This document shows, piece after piece, positions 31,467 to 45,270 of a DNA stretch of 64,000 nucleotides (its first letter is position 1; every line of letters starts with the position of its first letter). The position numbers and the translations under genes are program-made. The stretch is from the NCBI GenBank assembly GCA_013265495.1, contig MU063893.1, forward strand, positions 3,913,954 to 3,977,953, read 5' to 3'. The stretch comes from Vicugna vicugna. Lineage: Eukaryota. Below the pieces are notes generated by a model. It ran no database searches. It saw only the letters and a list, made by a program, of their open reading frames with translations, and was not told the DNA's origin.

Positions 31467-31516
31467 ATACTGTGGCCAATAAGGCTTATCTCTTATGTGA
31501 GTTTTCCGTCACCCAA
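31467..31516 (+). CDS. MGAM: MGAM exon 23
   Basis: DTVANKAYLLCEFSVTQ; cag/gtgagt; 50 nt. Confidence 0.96.
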
Positions 31517-31895
31517 GTGAGTAGTATATTTTTGTGCATCTTAAGTATGGGCTTTTGTATGACCATCAGTTCTTCGTGTTTGTGTCTGTGTAATTATATT
31601 TGTAGCTTCATTTATGACAACAGGCTGACACATTTCAGTTTATGACTTTAATGCCCAATAATTGAATCATCCATGTTGGTAAAAAGTGGCAATGATATGG
31701 ATAAATCAAAGCAGCCTGTCTTTTTAAATGAAGTTTTAAAAAATGTTCTCTGTGTGTATGTGTTTCTGTCTCTCTCCTTCCACACCCCTCAGGGGAAAAA
31801 TAAGTTTGTACTTCTTGAGCACGCATTAGCAGAGACAGCCGAGAGGCATTCAGAGCAGTTCTGGGTGTCTGGTCTCTGATGGGATGTTTGAGTGA

Positions 31896-32219
<324 letters not shown>

Positions 32220-33529
32220 TGAAGACTGGAGTGGGGAAATCGGAGAGTTAGGGCAGAAAAAAAATGAGGAGTGGGTCAGAGCTAGAAAAAATAAGTGAGC
32301 TGCTGAGAGACCAGGATGAAGTAAAATGGACTTTTTATCTTTATTCCCTTATCTGCTCCTCAGTCTGCTGTCCCCTCTGACCAGGACAGAAGAGGAGAGA
32401 AGTCCGAATTAGAGGAAAACTGGGTCTGAGAGCTGCTGACTGATGCTAGAAAGGTTGAGGTGGGAGGTGGGACTCCCATTAGTTAGAATTTTGAGACACC
32501 CTTTTTTTTAAAACTGTATTGAGCTGTACAGATTCTCACTCCAACACATACATTTTTAGGAAGTATTTTAAGTCAAAGAACTTGGTAAGCTTAGCTAGTG
32601 GCTACTTACTTGGTTCAATGATAATGATAAAATGATTTTTCATCACTTTGAATGAAACCTGATGTTCCTGATCAGATTGTAATCAGTTCCTCTGAAATTT
32701 CAGCGTCAGGCGGAATCCTTTCTCCAAACACTCCTTCTTACACAGACGCTGAATGATCTGGGTTTGGAAGCTGCTGGGTAGCATGGTTGGTGAGGGACCT
32801 TCCATATTTGGAGAAAATAAGTAAATTTAGTCTTCTACTATAGTGATAAATCGGTGGCATTTGACATTTTGTCCTGACAACATACACTGATGATGCGTAC
32901 ATTACAAAGTGAGAAATAAAGTATTATATAGCTGGTTATGTGCACAGCAAAGTGTGAGCTAGGATTCATATAAAAAATAAACTAACTAAATGTTTGATAA
33001 GTAAATTAATTAATATACGATCAAAGGAACTCCTTTATTGTTTGAATTTAGGTGATGGGAAAACAGTTTATATACATGAAACTACTGGGAAGGGGGTAGG
33101 CAACCCAGCCTTACAAATAGGAAATGTTAATTCATATTCTGTCCAGTTTAATGTTGACAAGCTTAATGGAGTAGTTGAGTGAAGCCTTGGGAGACATCAG
33201 GGCATTGGACCTTGAAAGATGGTGCATCTGGTAGAGATTTGTTCAGTTGCAAGTGACAGGAAACTCAGCAGAATGGTGGTTTCAACAAATTGTGGGTTTT
33301 TTCCTTATGCAATAGGAGGTTAGGAAGTGGTCAGTTGCTGGCGTTGCTTCAGTGACTCAAGATTATCAGGGCTGAGGTCTTTTCTTCTCTTGTGATTGGA
33401 AGTGGTGGCTTAATCCTCATCGCTATGGCTTTGTTAGAAAAAGAGTAAAAATAAAAAAAGAAGAAGCTGGAAGAAAAAGGGGAAGGGGAAGGGAGGGGCA
33501 GGCCCTTAAATCAAGAAAGAAACACTTGG

Positions 33530-33621
33530 TGTGACTGAGACATTGTGCTGTGCCACCAGAAATTGGCACAACATTGTAAACTGACTATACTTCAATTAAA
33601 AAAAAAAAAAGAACGAAACAC
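33530..33621 (+). mobile_element. 5'-truncated L1 (92 nt) with poly(A) and TSD
   Basis: ...acattgtaaactgactatacttcaatt(a)n; TSD gaaacacttgg at 33519-33529 and 33622-33632. Confidence 0.85.
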
Positions 33622-34249
33622 GAAACACTTGGCTGGCAACTCCCAGCAGACTTACTTACCTGTTAGTGGCCACAGCTGTGTTACATGGATTAAAAATAGT
33701 TCTTAATTGGGAACTTAAGTGTTTTAAACTGAAATAGTGAGTAAGAAGGGAATTTTATATGGGCAGGCAGCTAGCAGTCTAGTCCAAAAATGGGCACCAT
33801 TTTCCTAGAAAGGGCATTTCCTAGAGAAAGCACTCAAGGTTGAGGTGTCAGAAAAAGTCAGTCTCAGTTCTGAGAACAGCCTTGTCAGTCTGTATTGTGT
33901 AACTAGAACAGGGAGGATCCACTTTTGGAAGGAGACTAGTTTGGACAGATTAACTGTGTTCAGATTTTGGAGGGTCTTAGGTACCAGAATAAGAAGGATC
34001 TGATTTAATTCTCAAAGGGTCTCATACTGATCCTTGAATCAACATATGCCATTGTAAGAAAATTGTTCTGAGGTGGGGTTTGTAGTCCTGAGAAGTATAA
34101 GATGACGTAGACTGAGGAGATACTGGAAGAAGGGTGAGCATCCTTAGAATGAGATTTTATAATTCTAGACAAATGAGAACGTTCTCTATGGAAATTACTA
34201 ATTAAAGAAGAGGTGAACACAGAAAAATATGAAGTATTTGTTGGGTTTT

Positions 34250-34365
34250 AAATTTTTTATTTATTTTTATTGAAGTACAGTCAGTTTACAATGTGTCAAT
34301 TTCTGGTGTACACCACATTGCTTCAGTCATACATGAATACATATATATATTCATTTTCATATTCT
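34250..34365 (-). mobile_element. L1 3'-end fragment
   Basis: ttattgaagtacagtcagtttacaatgtgtcaatttctggtgtaca. Confidence 0.8.
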
Positions 34366-35063
34366 GAAATATTTGAATTAGTGAATGGGACTCAGAAAGT
34401 TTCAAGTTTTGAGACTTTGGGTTTAAAGAAATGAAGAGGCTGGGACATTAGAAATGGAAGGAAATGGAATGAACTTGCCAGCTGACCGGTTTTGCAGTTG
34501 ATGAAACTGAAACCCAAGGAATTGAAATAATTTGTCTGAGTTTCCACAGTGGAATGGCAGTGAGAACCCCGGCCCCATGATTCTCATTTCTGTGTTCTTG
34601 CCCCCAGTCCAGACAGTGGGGGAACACTGGTTTCGGGGATCGGGGGCAAGAAGACGATCTCAGTTTGGGATGAGACCATGTGCTTGTGTGTGCTGTGCTG
34701 TATGGGGAGTGCACAGGTGAGCCTTCCTGACAAAATAAGGAGGAGGAAATGAAGTTAGGGGAGAAAAGAAAGAAAAAGGAAAGCTAGGGAAGGAAAAGAA
34801 ATCACCTTTTGTGATTACCAAAGGTTTTGCTTGACTTGATTCTTTTCAAAATGTTATGTACAAGGTAGAATGATGACATTTGCCCTATGGTCACTGATTG
34901 GATCCTGCCCGCTGTCTCTCTTCATGTGAACTCCAGTGCTGTGGGACTCGGATTGTTGAGCGTCTGGTCTGATTTCTATTTTCTTTCCTAAAAGAAGTTT
35001 CAGATCTTGCAAGGCCTTTGTTCCAAGGATAAATTTTCCTGCTAAGCTGCCTCATTCTTCCAG

Positions 35064-35216
35064 GTGGCCCTCATCACAGGAATCAACCTTGTCCTGGGAG
35101 AAGCATACACGGTGGAGTGGGATGTGAAGATAAGGGATGCAGAAAAAATAGACTGTTATCCTGATGAGAATGGTGCTTCTGCGGAAAACTGTGCTGCCCG
35201 TGGCTGTGTCTGGGAG
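35064..35216 (+). CDS. MGAM: MGAM exon 25 (end of N unit, trefoil 2)
   Basis: VALITGINLVLGEAYTVEWDVKIRDAEKIDCYPDENGASAENCAARGCVWE; cag/gtaacc; 153 nt. Confidence 0.97.
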
Positions 35217-35567
35217 GTAACCATGCTGACAGTGTTAATGTACAGTAAAACCCTCTACACTTAATCTACAATTTCCCGAGCATAGCATCAGTACCTGTAT
35301 CACTGCTTAAAATACACAGAAAGAAAGGACTTCCAAAGCAGCCTGAGTTTTTATCTGGATGTGAAGAATAGGTAGGGACAGGAGTGGGATTTTGTTTTAA
35401 ACAAGTATTTTGCATGGAGACCAGAAATTTAAACTTATGTCCCTGCCAAAGACTGTGTAAGAAAGTGAGTGATTTTATCTTCATCTCCCTGCAAAGTGCC
35501 TTTCCTAGCCCCTTTGTATTTGATAATTCTAGGACCCATTCTGAGCTGGATTTGTTTTACTTTTCAG

Positions 35568-35768
35568 GAATCCAGTTCTCCTGGAGTCCCTTTTTGCTAT
35601 TTCATCAATGATCTGTACTCTGTTGGTGATATTAAGTATGACTCCCATGGGGCCACAGCTGTCATCTCCTTGAAGTCTTCCCCTTATGCCTACACTTTGC
35701 CCTCGACACCTGTGAGCTCCCTCCGTCTGGATGTGACCTACCATAAGGATAACATGCTGCAGTTTAAG
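35568..35768 (+). CDS. MGAM: MGAM exon 26
   Basis: ESSSPGVPFCYFINDLYSVGDIKYDSHGATAVISLKSSPYAYTLPSTPVSSLRLDVTYHKDNMLQFK; cag/gtacgt; 201 nt. Confidence 0.97.
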
Positions 35769-36808
35769 GTACGTGTTTACAGTATTTGTACTAAGTACTG
35801 ACTCAGCTCTTCTCAGTTCTGTTACTTTTTGCTAGTCTGGGTTACAGAACCCCAAATTAAGTATGCTCTTCTGGGTGAACCATGCTGCAATACACTAGGT
35901 CATTATCCTCAGAGTAATCGGAAACCACTGATGGGACAGTGAGAGCCGTTCTGAATCACCTAATGAGTTTGAAATAAATGAACTTGCCCAAGTTTCCAGC
36001 TTTAACTCTTTCCTCCTCACCTCCTGATTATACAGTAGCTCTCTCCAGAATATTGGCCTCTTTTAGTTCTCTATGCCTTTGCATTTATATCTCTGCCAGA
36101 AATGACTTGGTTTTCTCTCTGTGCTTGTTTAATGGCTGCAAAGCTTCAAGACTCATCCTTTTCCCCCATGAAAGCATCTCAGTCTTCCAGAAACATTGTT
36201 AGGCACTTCCTTCCCTGTATCTCACAACCCTTCTCTGTAGCCCTGCACTAGTACAGTTCACCCGGTGCTGTGGGCACCTCTCTTCGCCTCCCATTAATTT
36301 GTGACTTTCTTAAAGGCAATGCTGTGTCTCAGTTTAGTAATCCTAGTGTCTAGTACAGTATCAGACAAGAAGATAGTAGGCACTCAGTGAATCAGTTCAG
36401 ACCCCTGTTTTTAGCATGAACATCTATGATTATTTTAATCAAATAGAGTTCATGATTTTGGGGGGCATTGTTTTTCAACTCAGAAAAGCTTTCAGGTATT
36501 CACATGCAGTCATCCACCTGCATACAAAGTAATAAAGAATATAGTCATAACTTCTAGTCTGATTTTCCAAGGTAGAAATAATATCAATGGAATGTGTTAC
36601 TATAATAGAGGCTTATAAATGAGAGATGACAGACTTAGATCAAAATGATAAATTTGATGTTAATCTTTGATTTGTTACTTAAATTCCCAGGATCGTGAGC
36701 TTAAAGAAGACAAAGAAATACAGCATTCAGACCCTTTTGTCAAAGAGTCTAAGGGTATAGGTTTCAAGAGTACTCAACTTGCCTGAAATCTGTTTCCTCT
36801 GGCCCTAG

Positions 36809-36963
36809 ATTTATGATCCCGACAACAACCGGTATGAAGTCCCAATCCCTCTCAACATCCCCGAGGTTCCATCCAGCACCCCTGAGAGTCGACTCTATGA
36901 GGTCCTCATTAAGAAGAACCCATTTGGGATTGAAGTTCGTCGGAAGAGTACGGGCACTGTAAT
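36809..36963 (+). CDS. MGAM: MGAM exon 27
   Basis: [52 protein letters not shown]; tag/gtaaat; 155 nt. Confidence 0.97.
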
Positions 36964-37164
36964 GTAAATGGCTCCTGGTCTGCTTTGGAATTGATGATTA
37001 CCTGTATGTTCATTGCCAGATCTATTGTCCTTGGAGGCAGTCCTGCTCAAAGCAACACACTGTCCCCTTCTGGTTTCACGAATAAGTTATTTCCTTCAGA
37101 TCTGTTTTTAGGAGAAACCTTTAGTGCCCTGGGAGTAATTACTGAAGCAGCTGCAGGTACCTAG

Positions 37165-37830
37165 GGATTCATTCAACAAATGTTTACAGGATGCCTTCTC
37201 TATATCAGTTGGTTATAGAAGATAAGATCTCTCTTCATGATAAAAAAATAATAAGTAAATAACAAAAATAATTTAAGTGAAAATATGAGGTGGTTTAGAT
37301 AGTGCCAACTGCTATGTAGGAAAATGAACAAGGAAATTGAGAATCAAGGGGAATCTGTGGTCAGAGTAAGTCTCTCCAAGGAGGTGACATTTGAACGAGG
37401 AGCAAGAGCCACTCATGTGGAGATCTGGGGGAAGAGGAAGAACACTTTAGACAGATTGAGTAGTCAGTGCACAGGCCAGGAGACAGCCACAAGCTTGCCA
37501 TACTAAGGAGAAGAAAGTCCTGTGTGGTTGGAGCAGTGTCACAAGTAAGGCTGTGAGTGGTGGGAGGTGAGACTGGGGTTTAGGTGGCTTCAGATCAGGA
37601 GTGGCTTTGAAGACTTCATCAAATGTTTTGATGAGGAATCACTGAAGAATTGTTAACAAGGGTGTGGCATGATGTGAGATGCTTCAAAAATATATCACTC
37701 TGGATGGTTTGTAAAAAATGGATCCCTGTGGGGACAAGAGTGGGAACTAGGGCTGTGTGAGGTGGTGGGGACCGAGATGGTGACAGTGACTGGGTCTGGC
37801 ATTCTGGAGGGACACCCGAAAGGAGGCAGT
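37165..37830 (-). mobile_element. L2 fragment
   Basis: ttcattcaacaaatgtttac (L2 3' end) followed by degraded L2 body. Confidence 0.55.
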
Positions 37831-38044
37831 GATAGAGGAAAGCAGAAGAGGGAAGCTGGCTCCTGGGCTTTTAGCCAGGACGTCGATGATTATTTAGCTT
37901 GTATAGACTTGGTATTTTGTTTGGGAGGTTCCCAGGGTTCTGGGTCAGGGAAGAAAGCAAGAGTTCAATCTTGCTGAGAAGTCAGCTGTTTGAAGCCATG
38001 AGAACAGCCCATTTCTTCTGCCAACTCGCCCTTTTGTGTTGCAG

Positions 38045-38213
38045 CTGGGACTCTCAGCTCCTTGGCTTCACCTTCAACGACATGTTCATCCGCATCTCCA
38101 CGCGCCTCCCCTCCCAATACCTCTATGGCTTTGGGGAAACCGAGCACACGGCCTTTCGAAGAGACTTAAACTGGAACACGTGGGGCATGTTTTCCAGAGA
38201 CCAGCCCCCGGGG
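38045..38213 (+). CDS. MGAM: MGAM exon 28
   Basis: [56 protein letters not shown]; cag/gtaagg; 169 nt. Confidence 0.97.
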
Positions 38214-38476
38214 GTAAGGGCAGAGCCTTTGGGAACGTGTGCCTGTGTCTCTGTCGGCCCACACGGTGGACACGTCATGCGTCATCCTTCCAGACTCAAC
38301 TTGGATGGTTCCATTCTGCTTTTAGACAAATGGGCCAATTCTCAGGCTTCTTTGTTTTTCGTGTGTTTAATTTATTTCATGGAGAAGACTAGACATACCA
38401 TTTCAATCAATTTTTGTTGAGTTTCTTTCTCAGCCACAGTATCTTTAAACCTCTCCTCTCCCTGTGACTCTCCCAG

Positions 38477-38573
38477 TACAAGAAGAATTCCTATGGTGTC
38501 CACCCCTACTACATGGCACTGGAGGAGGACGGCAGTGCCCATGGAGTGCTCCTGCTAAACAGCAATGCCATGG
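38477..38573 (+). CDS. MGAM: MGAM exon 29
   Basis: [32 protein letters not shown]; cag/gtgaga; 97 nt. Confidence 0.97.
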
Positions 38574-38974
38574 GTGAGATGATGGCAGCCTAGCCCCTTA
38601 TTTTGGTGAATCAGTCATTATGGAGGAACTTTAGAATGTGTTTGGCCAAGTTGCCCCCAAAGACAAAATTATTATCTTGTGGACAGTGTTTTGTTTTGCT
38701 TTTTTCCCTTTGTTTTGTTTAGACTTTCTATTTATTTCAGTCCAGTAACATGTAGTAGCAAGGATTAACTCAACTTTTATTTGGCAAAAACCATGTAGAA
38801 GGGATAACAAAACCAAGTATCCGGAGGTCAGCCAGTAGGAGCCATTCATATGACTTGAATTAGTGATGAAGTGATGAATCAGAGCACTCACTCTGAGGGT
38901 ACAAGGGTGTGAAGAAAATTGGTGTGGTGTATTGGAAAGGAGGTGGAACATCAGGAGGTGGAGTTAAAAAGCAT

Positions 38975-39175
38975 GCATGTAAAAACTGGTGAAATCTGAA
39001 TAAGGCCTATACCTGAGTCAATAGTATTAAATCAGTGTCAGTTTCCTGGTTTTGACGACATACAATGTAAGATATTATCACTAGGGGAAGGTGGGTGAAG
39101 TGTGCAAGACAACTCTCAGGACTATATTGCAACTTCTTGTAAGTCTTAAACTATTCTAAAATAAAATTGCTATTA
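38975..39175 (+). mobile_element. Old L1M (L1MC-like) 3' end
   Basis: ctggtgaaatctgaataagg...gtcagtttcctggttttgac...gcaacttcttgtaagtcttaaactattctaaaataaaa. Confidence 0.65.
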
Positions 39176-39217
39176 ATTTGAAAGAGCAGAATGGCAAAAC
39201 ATATAATAAGATATTAA

Positions 39218-39556
<339 letters not shown>

Positions 39557-39741
39557 TAGCCAGTATTTATACAGCACTTTCTGTAGTTCTTAGATGGTAA
39601 CTAGAATTGTTGGTCTTTCTGGAAGACGAGTAGGTTATAGAATAAGGAACAATAAATACATCCCAGTAACCATTAAATTTGTAGCCTGTCAAAGCATTGT
39701 AGAGTAGAAGTAGCCATGGTGCCACTGGTGATAGTTGCCAG

Positions 39742-39925
39742 NNNNNNNNNNNNNNNNNNNNNNNNNNNNNNNNNNNNNNNNNNNNNNNNNNNNNNNNNNN
39801 NNNNNNNNNNNNNNNNNNNNNNNNNNNNNNNNNNNNNNNNNNNNNNNNNNNNNNNNNNNNNNNNNNNNNNNNNNNNNNNNNNNNNNNNNNNNNNNNNNNN
39901 NNNNNNNNNNNNNNNNNNNNNNNNC
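39742..39925. other. Assembly gap (184 N)
   Basis: Run of N in intron 30. Confidence 0.99.
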
Positions 39926-40445
39926 CATGACAGTTGTTTTGTCAGCAGCAACAAACACTGATATAAAACTTAGTATGTGTCACTGATCTATTACTTCCTG
40001 CATGTCAGAGTACTTTATACTCATTCAGTCTTCACAAAAATACTGAAATGAATACATTATTATTTTCAATTTACAAGCGAAGAGCAGATGTACAAGAGGT
40101 TATTTCACTTTTGCCTAAAGTCACATAGTCAGCAGAGATTGGAGCCTATAAGGTAGCCCAGGTATTTTGCGTCTGGATTCTGTGTTCTTAACCAGTAAGC
40201 TGGACTACCACTGGAAATCAGAGTAAAAAAATCAGATTTTTAAAAACTCCCAGGGAGAGTGATTAAGTCTAGCAGGAAGCTTTATCCAAGTTATCCCAGT
40301 GGCTCTGCATCCTCTTAGTTTCTGTCTGGATTTGAATTTGGTGATTATCTAACTGGGGACACTGGAAATACAGTCTTATCACTTCGTGTACGACTTCAAT
40401 CCAGATTCTCCTTTTTAAGAATTAAATTCTCTGTTTATTTTCTAG

Positions 40446-40571
40446 TTGATTGGTCGGCCAGTGATGGTTCCTTACTGGTCCTTGGGGTTTCAACTGTGTC
40501 GCTATGGATACCAGAACGACTCTGAGATTGCCAGCTTGTATGATGACATGGTGGCTGCCCAGATCCCCTAT
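40446..40571 (+). CDS. MGAM: MGAM exon 31
   Basis: [42 protein letters not shown]; tag/gtatgt; 126 nt. Confidence 0.97.
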
Positions 40572-41251
40572 GTATGTTGTCAGTCTGGGGGGTACTTGGC
40601 CTCAGAGCCAAACCTTGTTGTCTCTATATCTGGATTAGTTTGTCTGATTTTTATTGGGTTTTATAAAATTATGAAGTATTTTCTCATGCAATAGCACACT
40701 CAGCCTCACTCCTATGCAGCAATATAAGGCGAGGTGGGGAGGTCATTGTCCCTAACTTGAAGAGTCACAGTGATTTGCCAAAGGAGGTGGAGGAGGACAT
40801 GAGGCCAGCTCCAAGTCTCTTTCTGCAAGATCATACTTCCGTTTCTTTCACGTGACTTCACAGCATACAGTCGAAACATCTTTGGTACCATAAGAATAAA
40901 AGGTTGCCCCAACAGTAGTTTTGCATAATTAAAAGAATTTGACCCCAATTCAGGCAGACCAGAATGTGTGTAGATATAAACTCAGTTCCAGCACTTTGCC
41001 AGTGCTGCAGCCCAGTGTTCCCAAAGCTTTGAGCTAATTCCTGGCTGAATGCAGGGACCAGGGACTGGTTTCCAGAGGAAATACATATGGAAACGAACTC
41101 TGCCTTCACTTGGAGACAAGTCCACTAATCAGATCATGGGGCCCATGAACCACTTACATATTTAATCTTCTACTTTTTTTCCGTTGTTTACAATTGTTCC
41201 TATTACTGGAAAGTGTAGTGTGCAATATTTTATTCTTAATAAGAAAGCTAT

Positions 41252-41385
41252 GGGGAGGGTGCGGCTCAGTGGTAGAGTATGTGTTTAGCATGCACCAGGT
41301 CCTGGGTTCAGTCCCAGTACCTCCATTAATAAATAAATAAGCAAGCCTAATTATCTCCCCTCCCCCCTAAAAAATTAAAAAAAAA
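41252..41385 (+). mobile_element. Camelid-type tRNA-derived SINE
   Basis: ggggagggtgcggctcagtggtagag...cctgggttcagtccc...A tail; degenerate TSD aata(a/g)gaaagct. Confidence 0.88.
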
Positions 41386-41848
41386 ATAGGAAAGCTGTGT
41401 CTGATAACCCCCAGGATTAGTGATTGCAAAGCAACTATAGGTATTTTTGTTTGTTTTGTTTTTAGCAGATTTACTGTCCATGTTGCACTGGTACCAGTTA
41501 GTTTCCATTATGTTATTTTCTCTGAACAAGAACCACTGATAGCAGGGGCACCCACAGTCACTCCATATACTGGCCTTTTACAAAGCACTTTCTCATCTGC
41601 TGTTTTCGTTTATCTCCACAGCCCTGCTAGCTAGGCATTAGCATCCTGTTTTTTGCTAGTATAGTTTTTTCCCTGTTTTATGACTGGAAATGAGAAAATT
41701 AGGTGAATTTTTCAGAACCTAGTACCTAACGAACAAGAGAGGTGGGATTTGAAAGAATCACAAAGATGCCTGAAATTCACCATTCGTCAGTGGTGCATTG
41801 TCCCATCTGGAACCTGGACTTTTGCAAGTGTCCTTTGTCCTCCTCCAG

Positions 41849-41977
41849 GATGTGCAGTACGCCGACATCGACTACATGGAGCGGCAGCTGGACTTCACCC
41901 TTGGCCCCGAATTTGCTGGGCTCCCAGCTCTGATTACACGCATCCAGGCTGATGGGATGCGGGTCATCCTTATCCTG
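41849..41977 (+). CDS. MGAM: MGAM exon 32
   Basis: [43 protein letters not shown]; cag/gtcagt; 129 nt. Confidence 0.97.
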
Positions 41978-42235
41978 GTCAGTCCCCACGAGAGCGGGTG
42001 CAGTCTGTTGGGGAGAGAGAGTGGGCTTTGGTGGAGAAAGCTTTATGCTGTGTTTCCTTCCCTGCTCTGAGTGGAGAAATTGAGGTTCAATAAGGAAAGT
42101 GCATCTCCCCAGATTCACAGAAGCCCTACAGCTCAGGTGGAAGCCAATGCCTTCCCTTCTGAGGAATTCTCCTTTCTCCTGTCCTCGTCATTCTCTGGCC
42201 TCGGTTTTCTCTCCTGACCTATGCTTGGATTTCAG

Positions 42236-42346
42236 GACCCAGCCATCTCTGGCAACGAAACAAAGCCCTATCCTGCCTTCACACGGGGTGTGGAGGACGA
42301 TGTCTTCATCAAAGACCCAAGCGATGGAAGCATTGTCTGGGGAAAG
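42236..42346 (+). CDS. MGAM: MGAM exon 33
   Basis: [37 protein letters not shown]; cag/gtacgc; 111 nt. Confidence 0.97.
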
Positions 42347-42658
42347 GTACGCTCTGAGTGTGACCCCCTAGTCCCCAGCCCGGGGGTGGTAACTGTCAGT
42401 GTGTTTCTACGTGTTTTTTTGCCTTTTCTATTTGGACTCCGAGGTCAGAAGTTCTCATTTTCTCAATCAGTATTTGTCAACACTGTTAAGGAGTTTTTAA
42501 AGAATGTGTGTTGCCTTGTGGGATCCACTTTTCTCTACGTTGATCCTACAAGAAAATCAAAGTATTATTACCTCTGGGACATGGTTTATAGCTTCTTAGA
42601 AAATGCTATATAAGAAAAATTATCTAGTGCGTTGCTTTGAACATTTTTCTCTTCACAG

Positions 42659-42721
42659 GTCTGGCCTGATTTTCCTGATGTTGTTGTAAACTCGTCTCTA
42701 GACTGGGACACTCAGCTGGAG
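42659..42721 (+). CDS. MGAM: MGAM exon 34 (21-aa C-unit-specific insert)
   Basis: VWPDFPDVVVNSSLDWDTQLE; cag/gtaaag; 63 nt; no counterpart exon in the N unit. Confidence 0.96.
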
Positions 42722-44119
42722 GTAAAGGGCCCTTTGTGGATGTTGGGGGAAGTCAGAGTTGCCGAAGGTGCAGCCATACTTAGGATGCTGGACATCCCTG
42801 TCTCATGGGCATGGGCGAGGAGGGGGAATTCACTTAGGGAACATGCCCTGTTTGTCTGTCTGTGTGCCAGTCACTTTACATGTAATATTTTACCCCATTT
42901 GGGAGGTAGGCATTTATTATCCTTTGCATAACTAAGACTCAGAGGGCTTAAATTACTTATGTCCAATGTTTTAGGTGACAGAGTGGTGATTGCAAATCCA
43001 GGGCTGTCAGATTCCACACATCCATGAAATTTCCACTGGATGGTACCTCTGAGAAACACTGTCTTTTAACTGAATTAGTATATTTACTGTTTTTATTGTT
43101 GGTTTTGCAGTTGTTGTCTTGAGTATCCCTTTTACACAGAGTCTCCCACCCGTGTCTGTAGTGATTGGGTAATTTTCTCTGTACATCTCTTTGTCACGAA
43201 CAGGCTCCTCCATCTTGACTCTTTTAAATTGCTCCTGTCCTTCTTGGGTTTCTCATCTTTGCTTTTACCTTCCAATTTCCAGCCGTATGTTAAACGTTGC
43301 TCTCTGCTGGAGACAGATTCTTACTTGTAATAGATCTCAGATAAGACTCCAAGGGAGAGGACCTAGCTTCCTGTTCTCCCTGTTGCTCCTCACCAAAGGT
43401 CCCTTGAAGTTTGGTGGTCCAGGCAGCCCACATGGACACAGGAATCTGCAAAAAAAGTTCAGGGCCCTGGCTCCTTGACTTTTATTTATTTATTTTCATA
43501 TTTTCCCCAAGTGTAACTTGGGGAAATAATAATTGACAAATAAAATTGTGTATCTTTAAAGTATACAATGTGATAATTTGATATACATATGTATCACGAA
43601 ATAATGACCAGAATGAGGTTAATTAATGCATCCACAGGCTCACATAGTTACCATTTGTGTATGTATATGGTAAGAATGCTTATAATCTATTGTCTTAGCA
43701 GTATCTTTAAGTACACATACAGTATTACATGCTGTACATTAGATCCCAGAAACTTGTTCATCTTACAAACGTAGGCTTGCAACCTTTGACCAGCACCTCC
43801 CCATTTCCCCATCATATGGTAACCACCCTTCTACTGTCTGTTTCTATGAGTTCAACTGTTTTTTGTTTGTTTGTTTAGATTCCACGTATGAGTGAGATTA
43901 TACCGTATTTGGCTTATTTCACTTAAGTTTATCCACGTTGTTGCAAATGGCAGAATTTCCTTAATTCTCATGGCTGATTAATATTCTATTGTATGTATAC
44001 ACACCCATGTTCTTTATTCATTCAACTGTGGACAGACACTTAGGTTGTTTCCACATTTTGGCTATTGTGAGTAAGACTGCAATGAACATGGGTGTGCAGG
44101 TATCTCTTCAGGGTATTAA

Positions 44120-44292
44120 NNNNNNNNNNNNNNNNNNNNNNNNNNNNNNNNNNNNNNNNNNNNNNNNNNNNNNNNNNNNNNNNNNNNNNNNNNNNNNNNN
44201 NNNNNNNNNNNNNNNNNNNNNNNNNNNNNNNNNNNNNNNNNNNNNNNNNNNNNNNNNNNNNNNNNNNNNNNNNNNNNNNNNNNNNNNNNNNN
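44120..44292. other. Assembly gap (173 N)
   Basis: Run of N inside the L1. Confidence 0.99.
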
Positions 44293-44466
44293 TTGTCTCT
44301 TGTCTTTTTCATAAAAGCTGTCCTCACAAGTGTGAGATGACATCTCGCTGTGATTTTGACTTGCCTTTCCTTGATGACTAGTGGCGCTGAATACCTTTTC
44401 ATGAACCTGTTGGCCATTTGTATGTCTTCTTTGGTAATATGTCTATTGAAGACCTTTTCCATTTTT

Positions 44467-44609
44467 NNNNNNNNNNNNNNNNNNNNNNNNNNNNNNNNNN
44501 NNNNNNNNNNNNNNNNNNNNNNNNNNNNNNNNNNNNNNNNNNNNNNNNNNNNNNNNNNNNNNNNNNNNNNNNNNNNNNNNNNNNNNNNNNNNNNNNNNNN
44601 NNNNNNNNN
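44467..44609. other. Assembly gap (143 N)
   Basis: Run of N inside the L1. Confidence 0.99.
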
Positions 44610-45084
44610 TGGAGAAGCTTTTCAGCTTGATGTAGTCCCATTTGTGTATTTTTGCTTTTGTTGCTTGTGCTTCTGGTAGCAAATTCAAAAGACTCATCAC
44701 CAAGACCAATGTCAAGGAGCTTTTTTCCTGTATTTTCTTCTAGGAGTTTTATGGTTTTAGGTCTTACATGTAAGCCTTTAATTCATTTCGAGTTATTTTT
44801 GTGAGCAGTGTAAGATAGGAGTCCAGTTTCATTCTTCTGCATGTGGATTCCAGGTTTTCTAACACGGCTTACAGAATACTGTCCTTCCCCGCTTGTGTTT
44901 TTGGCACCCTTGTCAAAGATTCATTGACTGTATACGTGTAGGCTTATCTCTGGGCTTTCTGTTCTGTTCCATTGGTCTATGTGTCTGTTTTTATGCCAGA
45001 ACCATGACTTTTAAATCATTATGCTGGGGAAGGACCACTTCAGCAATCAAGAGGTTGGCTCCTACTGTATGAGCCCCACAGTAC

Positions 45085-45270
45085 ATCAGCCACTAGAGGC
45101 AATACTGCCACCTTGAGGGCATCTGGATTCCGTGGGGCAGTTTTAATCATCACAAGGAGCACTGCGTGACATCTAGTGGGCAGTGACCAGGGATGCACGT
45201 CGTTCTGATTGCAGGGAATTTTCCACCAAGCATTCTCCTGCCCCAAATGCCTGTTGTGCCTCTGATGAGA
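45085..45270. mobile_element. MER20-like hAT MITE fragment
   Basis: ggcatctgga...gacatctagtgggcagtgaccagggatgc...ctgccccaaatgcc. Confidence 0.5.

Larger units (their letters stand above)
43505..45010 (-). mobile_element. L1 fragment (ORF2 C-terminus plus 3' UTR), interrupted by two gaps
   Basis: Minus-strand peptide HITKEDIQMANRFMKRYSAPLVIKERQVKITARCHLTLVR resembles the L1 ORF2 end; 3' UTR lies toward 43505. Confidence 0.85.

Noticed and set aside
33040-33182. Possible alternative terminal exon after exon 24 giving a maltase-only isoform (tttag|GTG ATG GGA...TAG)
   Set aside because: Weak pyrimidine tract and no other support; AG dinucleotides of this quality are common.
39673-44715. ORFs running through X stretches
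   Set aside because: Artefacts of N gaps; the flanks of the 44 kb ones are L1 ORF2 remnants.
45085-45105. CTCF-like CCACTAGAGGCA in a MER20-like element
   Set aside because: One base short of the core spacing; a motif alone is not evidence.
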